Positions 1 through 13,028 of a DNA stretch of 64,000 nt are shown here, piece after piece. The stretch lies in the NCBI RefSeq assembly GCF_009914755.1, contig NC_060929.1, one strand, 5' to 3'. A model generated the notes under the pieces. The model saw only the letters and a program-made list of their open reading frames with translations, did no database searches and had not been told where the DNA came from. Position 1 is the first letter of the stretch; every line of letters begins with the position of its first letter. The DNA is from the human T2T-CHM13v2.0 reference genome, Homo sapiens. The position numbers were made by a program, and so were the translations under genes.

Positions 1-237
1 TATTGCCCAGGCTGGTCTCGAACTCCTGGCTTCAAGCAATCCTCCTGCCTTGGCTTTCCAAAGTGTTGGGATTATAGGTGTGAGCCACTCTGCCTGGCCT
101 ACATATGCTTTAAAAAGATTATACTGTAATACCTCGTTAACAATTCTAAGGAGTGATGTGACTCCCCCAATGCCATGTGATTATTATTTTTCAACAAAAA
201 GTCCGTATTATATTAGAGGCTTAAAAATATCCATTCT

Positions 238-1097
<860 letters not shown>

Positions 1098-1099
1098 AA

Positions 1100-1770
1100 C
1101 ACATGTCCACACAAAAACTTGTACAGGAATGCTCATATCAGCATTCTTATTAGCCAAAAAGCTGAAACAACCCAAATATCTATCAACTGATAAACTGAGA
1201 AATGAGACAAGTAGTAATACATGCTACAACAATCAAACCTTGAAAACATGCTTGGGGAAAGAAACAGACACCAAAGGTTATCTGTTGCATACTTCCATTT
1301 ATATAAATATTTCTATAAAGATTCCATGTATATAAATATGTCTATAAATATTCCATTCATATAAATATTTCTATATTCCATTTATATAACTATATTTCTA
1401 TAAATATTCCATTTATATAACTATATTTCTATAAACATTCCATTTACATATATTCATATAATATATTTATATATTGTGTATCTTATGTAATATATAAAAT
1501 ATAATATTTATATAAATAGTCAGAAAAGGCAGATCTGTGGAGACAGAAAGTAGATTAGTGGTTGCCAGGGACTGGGGGAAGGTCCATGAATAATAATGGC
1601 TGGTCATGGGCACAAGAGTTTCTTATTGCTGTGATGAAAATGTTCTAAAATTAGATAGTGGTGATGGTTGCATAACCTTGTAGATACACTAAAAAATACT
1701 AAACTGCACACTTTAAAAGGACCAACTTTGTAGTATGTAAATCATCTCAACAAAAAATACAACGAAAAGA
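1100..1770 (+). mobile_element. Old L1M (L1MB/ME-like) 3' end
   Basis: GAGACAGAAAGTAGATTAGTGGTTGCCAGGG ... GAAAATGTTCTAAAATTAGATAGTGGTGATGGTTGCA is typical L1M 3'UTR sequence. Confidence 0.8.
1293..1450. repeat. AT-rich minisatellite, about 29-31 bp unit (TTCCATTTATATAA..ATATTTCTATAAATA)
   Basis: About five imperfect copies, expanded inside an old L1 3' end. Confidence 0.85.
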
Positions 1771-1804
1771 AAAAGATGAATTAATAAACCCTATTTATTC
1801 TTAC

Positions 1805-1920
1805 TTTGGATTTCCTAATGGTCCTCCTGCAAACTGGGAGTTTCTGTCTAGAAATTCCTGCAAACCCTTTAGTTCTTGTAGCACTGACTCTAGCAGTTGG
1901 CAGGGAACACTACTTTCAAT
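1805..1920 (-). CDS. NUP155: NUP155 exon 20 (116 nt; [38 protein letters not shown]); gene continues beyond left edge
   Basis: Acceptor TTTTTACAG, donor AA|GTAAGA; cumulative CDS 2207 nt with no stop codon. Confidence 0.96.
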
Positions 1921-2776
1921 CTGTAAAAATGAAAGATTTTTCAAAAGTTTAAAAACACACCCTCTGTATAGCTATAATATAAACAATTTTAATTTTGAAA
2001 TGAGTATCTCTATAGTTATTTCTTGTATCAATTCACACCTGTTGATCCGAATAAAGTATACCTACACACTTCCTCTCCTGCCAGTAACACTGATGCATAA
2101 CTAACATACAATAAAATACAAATACTAAGAAAACATCTTGATTACTTTTATATATTTTTGTATAGTCATCACCCAGACCACAATACAGAAATTTCCAACA
2201 CCAAAGAAAGTTTCCTATGTTCCTTTGTAGCCATTAGTCATCCCACCTCTGAGGTAACTACTTTTCTTACTCCTATCAACATAGATTAATTTTACAAGTT
2301 TTTAGACTTCCATATATATATATGGAATCATATACTGTGTTAGGCAAATACACTCTTATTCTTAGAAACTTGAACTTTTTTTTTTTTGAGAGACAGCGTC
2401 TTGTTGTTGCCTGGGAGTGTAGTGGCGCGGATCATATCTTACTGCAGCCTTGACTTCCTAAGTTCAAGTGACCCTCCTTCCCAATTAGCTGGAAGTACCA
2501 GCACATGCCACCACATATCTGACTAATTTTAATCTTATTTTATTTTATAGAAAAGGCATCTGGCCGCGTTGCCCTGGCTGGTCCTGAACTCCTGGGCTCA
2601 AGCCTTCCAAAGCATTGTGGTTACAGGCACGGGCCACTGTGCCCAACTCATGAACTTTAAGAGCCTCACAATTAAAAATATATTTGGACTGGGCGTGGTG
2701 GCTCACGCCTGTATTCTCAGTGGAGGCCGAGGTGGGCGGATCATTTGAGGTCAGGAGTTCGAGACCAGCCTGGCTA

Positions 2777-3064
<288 letters not shown>

Positions 3065-3332
3065 TCAAAGTATTACATAGTAAAATTTGAGCAATATTAA
3101 GTTGCTTGAGTTATCCCTCATGACAACCTTATGAGGGAGATATACTACGCCCCTTCTTTTACCATGAGGTATCAGGCTCTGAAATGTTAAGTAATTTACT
3201 CATATTCAGACAGTTAATCAATGTTAGAGATGAGATTTAAACCTGAAGGTAAGCAGTTTGTTGTCCAAGAATGCAAACATATACATAAAAGAATAACCCG
3301 CCAGGCGCTGAGGCCCCCTGCCTGTAATCTTA

Positions 3333-3632
<300 letters not shown>

Positions 3633-3713
3633 TCAGGAAATGTGAAACAATCTAACCATTTATACCATCAACTGGCTACACAAAAATAACAAAATAATAT
3701 TATACACACTTAC

Positions 3714-3780
3714 TGCAGTGATCTCTCTGTTGCCACTCTTGAATATTCTCTCCACAACTAAGCTTGCATCCCAAATGTTT
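3714..3780 (-). CDS. NUP155: NUP155 exon 19 (67 nt; [22 protein letters not shown])
   Basis: Acceptor poly-T-CCAG, donor GCA|GTAAGT. Confidence 0.96.
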
Positions 3781-4159
3781 CTGGAAAAAAAAAAGTTTTA
3801 ATGATTGTGCTGTAAATGAATAAAAACAATTACAATAAATTTCTTTCTCTAGGAACTTAATGGCTTTATTCAGTTTTTAAAACTTGCAGTGGTTTCATTT
3901 AACATTTTACTAAGCTATCTAGAAGAGTGGAATACTAGAAAATTTTCATACCTGATGTACCTAAGTTTTTCAGATAATGAAATATTACTGAAGAAAAATC
4001 AAAAGGCTCTGTATAATAAATTGTAAACAGGAAATTTATAAAGGGGCTCTGTACTGTTTCATACTTTTAAGCAAATGAGATGAATGAAATCATACATCTC
4101 AAATCTAAGAGAAATATATATTAGGCATGATAGCTAACTAAGATAACATGATAGACTGA

Positions 4160-4645
4160 TTGCAAAAACAACCACATTTCTTTATCCCTCCCTATATCTA
4201 TCCCCTCTGCAGTATGATTTGATGTCTCTCCCCTAAAAGGTGGTCTATTTCCCACCTTTTAAATCTGAGTTGGCCCTGTGACTTCCCTCTGGCCAAGTGA
4301 ATAAGGCGGAAAAGTGCATGGTAAGCCAGTTCTGAGTTTAGAATAAAGGTTTTGCAAGTGTCTACTCTTTCTCAAGGAACTCTGCCACCACCAACTAAAT
4401 AATCTTTGGCTGGCCTGCTGGGGGATGAGAAACCATGTAGAGAACAACCAAGCTGTTTCATCTTGGGCCATTCTAGACCAGCTGGAAAATATAACCTTGA
4501 ACATGTGAGAGTCTAGCCAAGATAAGCATAGCTCTCTTTAACTTCACAACTGATTGCCTATTCTTGAGTTAGCCCAGCAAGACAAGAACTGCCCTGTTGA
4601 ACTGTAGACACATGTCACTGAGTTATGGGGAAGTTTGTAACACTG
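4160..4645 (+). mobile_element. MLT1-family MaLR LTR
   Basis: TCTATTTCCCACCTTTTAAATCTGAGTTGGCCCTGTGACTT and related MLT1-like blocks; subfamily uncertain. Confidence 0.65.
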
Positions 4646-4669
4646 TACATTCATATGTAAGTAGATATA

Positions 4670-5210
4670 CAGTTGACCTTTGAACAATATGGGCTTGAAT
4701 TGTGTGGGTCCACTTATACACAGATTTTTTTCCCACCTATGCTACCCCAGCACATCAAAACCAACCCTTCCTCTTCCTACTCCTCAGCCTACTCAGCGTG
4801 AAGACAAGGATGAAGACTTTTATGATGATCCATTGCCACTTAATGAATAGTAAATATATTTTCTCTTCCTTATGATTTTCTTAATTTTTTTTCTCTAGCT
4901 TACTTTATGGTAAGAATATAGTGTATAACACATATAACACAAAATATCAGTGTTACGGCTGTTTTAGAATTTGTCTAGCAGGTTTTCTGGTTTTTACGAG
5001 ACTCCCCCATACTCCTACACCATGCAAAAGTTAAAAAAAGAAAACACAAAAAACATACAAAACGTGTTAATTGATTACTTATCAGTGAGGCTTCTAGACA
5101 GTAGGCTATTAGTAATTAAGAAAGTCAAAAGTTGTACATGAATTTTTGACTACATGAAGGTTGAGGAATGGTGGTTGGCATCCCCTAACCCCTGTGTTAA
5201 GGAACAACTG
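4670..5210 (+). mobile_element. Tigger2-family (Tigger2a/MER28-like) DNA transposon, interrupted by the U7 retrocopy
   Basis: TA|CAGTTGACCTTTGAACAA ... TTAAGGAACAACTG|TA terminal inverted repeats with TA target duplication. Confidence 0.85.
4948..5008 (+). pseudogene. U7 snRNA retro-pseudogene
   Basis: CAGTGTTACGGCTGTTTTAGAATTTGTCTAGCAGGTTTTCTGGTTTTTAC closely follows U7 snRNA including the U7 Sm site AATTTGTCTAG; A-rich tail follows; 3' stem mutated; no PSE upstream (lies inside a transposon). Confidence 0.92.
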
Positions 5211-5441
5211 TATTTTGATGCTACAAAAATAGATTATGAGAGAGTAAGAGAAATAAAACACAGCAATGAATATAGTTAGATAACAAAAACTGGAATAATA
5301 GAAAAGTTTTATTGATCAACAAGTGAGCTAAAACTAAAATTTAATAGGAATAAATGATGTCCCAAATTCAGAGTTAAAAATATTTAACTACTCAAGATGG
5401 GACAAGGTGAGCAATAATTCATTATTTCATGACAAACTTAC

Positions 5442-5589
5442 CCCATGATCCGAGAAAAGTAAATGCAAATACCATTGTGTTTTCCAGAGTACACAATCTC
5501 TGGTCCAGTCACACAACTCATATTTGTGGCCTGAGTTGCTGGGTTTCCCAGAGCACACACTGGAGTTGACATGGCAGGAGGCTGTATAC
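5442..5589 (-). CDS. NUP155: NUP155 exon 18 (148 nt; [50 protein letters not shown])
   Basis: Acceptor GTACAAG, donor GG|GTAAGT; tail of ORF 5438..5740. Confidence 0.95.
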
Positions 5590-5611
5590 CTTGTACACAC
5601 ATAAGAAAAAC

Positions 5612-5695
5612 AAATCTCTTAATCTTAATCTTAGAACCCATAAATCTCTTAATCTTAATCTTAGAACCCATAAATCTCTTAATCTTAGAACCCAT
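5612..5695. repeat. Tandem repeat, 30+30+24 bp (AAATCTCTTAATCTTAATCTTAGAACCCAT)
   Basis: Two perfect 30-mers (5612-5641, 5642-5671) plus a 24-mer lacking one internal 6-bp unit. Confidence 0.95.
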
Positions 5696-6170
5696 AAAAT
5701 TCAGAATTCTCATAACCCAAGTTTGTGTATCTAGACACAAAGGTATTTACAAAAACAATGAAATACATAGATATTTAACTTGGTTTTCCTTAATAAGAAG
5801 AGAGATTTAAATGTGGATGGGTACTCCCAGATAGACTTGCAAGTGTTCACAATGCAGAATGAAAAGGAAACAAACTTGCCAGTACTGCTTGTAATGCTGA
5901 CAGTGAAATAGAACTGATTACACAGATTTTAGGGTTCAATTTAATCCTGGTAGCCAAATAATGGGCTTTCCAGGCTTATTATAAGAGGAGTTCCTCCTAA
6001 ATAAAGGCATTCACATCCAAATGCCAAAACTTGCTTGGACAGCGCTTCTAAAATTATATTTATTTTCAAGGGAATAAGGCAAGTTCATCTTTTTCACACT
6101 AAGCATTAAGGTTAACTCATAATGTTAGCACTTCAAAATGAATCCAATCCAAAACAAAGAAAAGAGGTAC

Positions 6171-6233
6171 CATGAGACGGTGTTCCCAAAAAGGATGGAT
6201 TTGGATAGGGACTACCACTAGGAACAGGAGAAC
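6171..6233 (-). CDS. NUP155: NUP155 exon 17 (63 nt; [21 protein letters not shown])
   Basis: Acceptor TTTTTAG, weak donor G|GTACCT; phase 1-1. Confidence 0.93.
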
Positions 6234-6304
6234 CTAAAAAGGGAAAGAAGAATATAAAGATTTAGAAAAGAACATCTCAATCTTTTGAATGTGATCAAAA
6301 TTAG

Positions 6305-6496
<192 letters not shown>

Positions 6497-7002
6497 TAGT
6501 AGAGACATGGTTTCACCATATTGGTCAGGCTAGTCTCAAACTCCCAACCTCAGGTGATCTGCCCGCCTCGGCCTCCCAAAGTCCTGGGATTACAGGTGTG
6601 AGCCATTGTGCCTGGCCACAGAAGCTATTTCTAAGCATAAGGAGTTACATTGTCCACGATATATGCAAGAATTAGGGACTGATCTCCTAGTAAGTTTCTA
6701 ACAACTCCCACCTTGGAAAACACTGATGTGCGAGTTAATTATTAAATCATTCATCTGTTTCCCTCTGAATATATACCAAATGAGTTATGTAAATATGATT
6801 GGTTACATCTTATTTTGCTTCCTTACATTAAGGATTCAATATTAATAGATCACTTTTAAGAATCAGAATCTATAGATGTATTCATCAATTATACAATAGC
6901 AGTAAATAAAACATAATGAAAAGGCTTATTGATAAAAATTGCTATAAAGGTTCTAAGATTCAAACGATTAGAAACAATTTCATTTCAATGTTCCATACTC
7001 AC

Positions 7003-7091
7003 TAGAATAGACAGGAGACCCCAAGATGGGACCAACATTACTTGGAGGCGGAAGAGTGGTTGGAAATCTCATCTGTGCTTCACCACCATAC
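7003..7091 (-). CDS. NUP155: NUP155 exon 16 (89 nt; [29 protein letters not shown])
   Basis: Acceptor AAATAG, donor A|GTGAGT. Confidence 0.95.
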
Positions 7092-7850
7092 CTATTTTTA
7101 TGACAAGAGGTTGAGTTTATTCAGTAAAACAAACCATCCATCTTAAAAACTGGAATTGTTCCTTTTCCTGTTTAGCTTCCAAGTAAATGCTTTAAACATT
7201 AGAGACTTCAATGTATTGTGCTGACAGTAAAGTATATGCATAAGACTTATAATAAATATTTATTCAGTAAATGTGGACTTGAAACTGCTACCAGGAAGAA
7301 TTATAAGGGACTCTGATAACTTCTAAGAAAAAGATATGCAATGCATAGAATTTACTTTGTGAGTAAATGGCATTGTAATTTTCATACTAGGTTATGGTTA
7401 GATAGTACTTCAAAAAACGTTTCTAACAAAATCACATTTCAAATTCTTAAATATTTTCTAAATAGAAATATCTCTTTGGTACCAAGTTTCCTTAAAGTAA
7501 TTCAGAAGCCTTCAATACTAATGATACATATTAAGCAGAATTGGCATAGTGTTTGGGGAAGTAAAAAAGATAGATGAGACAGTAACTGAGGTAGAACAAA
7601 GTGTAGAAAGTAGACAAGAAGTTACAGAACAGAATCCAGAGTTAAAGTAATAATGCATAAACTATGCTAATTTACTTGCTTCTATTACCATTATAATCTC
7701 TCCAGATTTCACCCTTTTGCAAATGAATTTTGGTAATTTGCCTACATAGTCACTCAACTGTTTGGCAAGGCTTTATCACATTGATAAAATCATTTTAAAA
7801 AGTGGCCCAGTAAAAAAACAAATAAATAAACAAGAAAAACTTTCACATAC

Positions 7851-7945
7851 CTAAAGAAAGCCCGAGTAGCCCAGGCAGATACTTCTCTATCACAGGCAGC
7901 AGTGGAGCAAGCAAGAATAAGGCAAGTTGCACAAGCCTGGTCTTC
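7851..7945 (-). CDS. NUP155: NUP155 exon 15 (95 nt; [32 protein letters not shown])
   Basis: Acceptor TACACAG, donor AG|GTATGT. Confidence 0.96.
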
Positions 7946-8254
7946 CTGTGTAAAAAGAGGAATATTGGCCTTATATTAAATACAAATTTTAAAATGATTT
8001 GTGTACTGCTAGATGCAGTATTAAAGTCTGTATCTAGCACAGAGCAGGCATTCAATAAATACTTGCTGACTGAATGAAATCAGTTAGTGTTAAAAAGACA
8101 AGTAAACACTACTGGTTTTAAGTTCATCATAAGCACTAGGATTACAGGATGTTCTCTTTTCCTTTTAACCTAGATTCTGACTTAGTTTCCGGCTTATGTC
8201 TCCAATTTTCTTCCTGTGGTCTTTCTGCTTTCTAGAAAATAACAATTAAGTGGT

Positions 8255-8450
8255 AACACTGAATACCTACCATGTGTCAGGTACTATTTTAAGAGTTTAG
8301 CATATATTAATCCTCATACCACATCCTATTATAATGTATAAGGAAACTGAAGCCCAGAGAAGTCAAGTAATTTACCTCAGTGGTGGAGCTGGGATTTTTA
8401 ACACAGGTGCTTTGAATCCAGAGTCTGTATACTTAACTTTGAACTACTCC
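8255..8450 (-). mobile_element. MIR SINE (further MIR pieces near 3100-3270, 14270-14410, 24590-24680)
   Basis: MIR core AAGGAAACTGAAGCCCAGAGAAGTCAAGTAATTTACC. Confidence 0.75.
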
Positions 8451-8774
8451 CAATTTTAACCGTATCAATTCCAGTTGTGGCTCTGAAATACTAAGATCTC
8501 TACACTGTTGCCTCAGGTTTCTTCCTCAGGTCATTAAGCCAAAACAAACAAACAAACAAACAAACAAACCAAAAACAACTTGTCCCTAAATGTCTTGTGC
8601 TTTTAATGAAAAGGCATTTATCATATAACCTGAACAAGAAACTCTTACTAGCAGACTTCAATAAGAATTTATCAACAACAGGCCAGGCATGGTGGCTCAC
8701 GCCTGTAATCCCAGCACTTTGGCAGGCCGAGGCGGGTGGATCATGAGGTCAGGAGATCGAGACCATCCTGGCTA

Positions 8775-9026
<252 letters not shown>

Positions 9027-9226
9027 TTAATCCTGCTTTCAAATGTCAGTTCACATACAGTGACTTAGGCAAAGAAAGGAATATTGTTAAGATTATCTAT
9101 TTATGGCTGGGCTTGGTGGCTCACGGCCTGTAATCCCAGCACTTTAGGAGGCCGAGGTGGGCGGATCACCTGAGGTCGGGAGTTCGAGACCAGCCTGACC
9201 AACATGGAGAAACTCTGTCTCTACTA

Positions 9227-9385
<159 letters not shown>

Positions 9386-9497
9386 TCAAAATATATATAT
9401 ATATTTATTACAGTATTCCAGTCCCAATTTACATAAACTATGACTCCCACTGTTTGTTTAAAATAGCATCACATTTTTTAAAAGTATATATAATTAC

Positions 9498-9608
9498 CTG
9501 ATGTAATTTAAAGAATCTTTCAATCTCTTCTCCATCTCCTCCCACATTACTCACAAGTAGATGCCTCAGTTGATCTACAGGTCTAAGTTTATGAAACATA
9601 AGGCTCCC
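9498..9608 (-). CDS. NUP155: NUP155 exon 14 (111 nt; [37 protein letters not shown])
   Basis: Acceptor TTCTTAG, donor CAG|GTAATT. Confidence 0.96.
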
Positions 9609-10082
9609 CTAAGAAATTTGAAGAAAGAACATGAACAAGAGATTTACCAAGATTGGCTGATAGCAACTGACTCTACCTTATTTGATAAAATAAATGAAAC
9701 AAACAAAAAAAACCATTCAACAATACAAAGTAGGCTGGGTATGGTGGCCCACATTTGTATTTCCAGCACATCACGGGGCTGAGGCAGGAGGAATGGCTGA
9801 GGTGATATAAAAAGTACAACTGGTCAAAAAGATCATCTACTTCTCTACTCAACCTCCAGTAGATCTATATATCTATAAAGAAAACTTAATGCAATTGCCC
9901 CGGCAAAGCTGCCCCTTAAACCAGAGAATTAAAGTTAGATTATTAATTAATCATGTTGCTACTATTTATATCAATTTAGGCAAAAAAAAAAAAAAAAAAA
10001 GCTAGAAACATAGTCATACCTTATACCAGAGTAAATTCCAAATAGATCAAAAGACTTAAAGGACAAAATAAAACTATCATAA

Positions 10083-10411
<329 letters not shown>

Positions 10412-10967
10412 AACAAAAGCAACTAAGAGTGGATTCTTTTATAAACCTTAGTGAGTGGAAGCTTTTCAACTATGACATATTTCAAATGATGGCTGGGCAG
10501 ATTGGCTCTCGCCTGTAATCTCAGCACTGTGGGAGGATGAGGTGGGTGGATAGCTTGAGCTCAAGAGTTTGAGACGAGCCTGGGCTTTAGTGAGATCCTG
10601 TCTCTACAGAAAATACAAAAATTAACTGGGTGTGGTGGCAAACGCCTGTATTCCCAGCTACTCAGGAGGCTGATGTGGGAGGATCCCTTGAGCCTGGGAG
10701 GCAGAGGTTGCCGTAAGCCAAGACTGTGCACCACACTCCAGCCTGGGTGACAGATTAAGACCTTGTCTAAAATAAAATAAAATAAATAAAATAAAATATC
10801 AACTGATAACTGATAATTTTGACTAATTATAAGCTTGTGTGCCTGGGAAAAATCTCAATAAACAAAGTCAAATAAGAAACCAGGAAGGCTGGGTGCAATG
10901 GCTCACACCTGTAATCCCAGAACTTTGGGAGGCCGAGGCAGGCGGACCACCTGAGATCAGGAGTTCA

Positions 10968-11194
<227 letters not shown>

Positions 11195-11276
11195 TTAAGC
11201 CACTACTTCAGAGAACTTGACAAAAATATTATACATCGCTTATTTTTGTCACTACCATAACAGAATACGTACACAC

Positions 11277-11447
11277 CTGTGCTGAGAGGAGAACAAATTT
11301 CTTCGGAGGTAACATGTGCTGCTGTACAACAACTGGTGAATCAGTTATTGGAATATGATCCTTGTTTAAAGGTGTAATTATTTTATCTACTTTCAATTCA
11401 TCTATCGCAGAAAGAGCCCAGGAATGACCATCAACACCAGCTGTCAT
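11277..11447 (-). CDS. NUP155: NUP155 exon 13 (171 nt; [57 protein letters not shown])
   Basis: Acceptor TACATAG, donor CAG|GTGTGT; matches ORF 11229..11447. Confidence 0.96.
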
Positions 11448-11568
11448 CTATGTAAAAGAAATAAATGTTTTATACATCATATTGAAGTTACATAATGCAA
11501 AAGAAAAAACTACAGACTTAATAAAGAAGTAAATTTAATAAATAGTACATTAACATGAATATTTTTGA

Positions 11569-11957
<389 letters not shown>

Positions 11958-12658
11958 TAAGCTGGAGTGCGCTGGCACGATCACAACTCACTGCAACCTC
12001 GACCTCCCTGGGTTCAGTTGATTCTCCCACCTCAACCTCCCAAGTAGCTGGGACTACAGGAGAATGCTACCACGGCCGCCTAATTTTTCTATGTTTTGTA
12101 TGAACAGGGTTTTACCATGTTGCCCAGGATGTTCTCGAACTCCTGGGCTCATGCAGTCTGCCCATCTTGGCCTCTCAAAGTGCTAATCAGGCATTACCTT
12201 TTTTTTTTTTCTGAGGCAGAGTCTCACCCTGTTGCCAAGGCTGGAGTGCAGTGGCCTAATCAGAGCCCACTGTAACGTCTGCTTCCCAGGTTCATGCAAT
12301 TCTCCTGCCTCAGCCTTCCGAGTATCTGGGATTAGAGACGCACACCACCATACCCGGCTAATTTTTGTATTGTTATTAGAGACTGGCTTTTGCCATGTTG
12401 GCCAGGCTGGTCTCAAACTCCTGACCTCAGGTGATCTGCCTGCCTTGGCCTCTTTCCAAAGTGCTAGGATTACAGGCGTGAGCCACCATGCCCAGCCATA
12501 AGCAGGCATTTTCTATACTAATACATAAATCTTTTTGTACTAGAGGACAAGGGCAAACTTTTCTCAAGATAAACTATAAATACTCTTTAATAAAATTATA
12601 ATTCTCTTAACCAAGTAACTACCTTCTACCATCTTTCCAGGATCAACTAAATCTGCTA

Positions 12659-13028
<370 letters not shown>

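Noticed and set aside
4948-5008. Functional U7 snRNA gene
   Set aside because: No PSE or 3' box context, disrupted 3' stem, substitutions in the histone-pairing region, A tail and TSD.
5612-5695. CRISPR-like 30-bp repeats
   Set aside because: No spacers, eukaryotic context and no cas genes; it is a simple tandem repeat.
5590-5740. Repetitive peptide [10 protein letters not shown] in ORF 5438..5740
   Set aside because: It is the intronic tandem repeat read in frame upstream of exon 18, not coding sequence.
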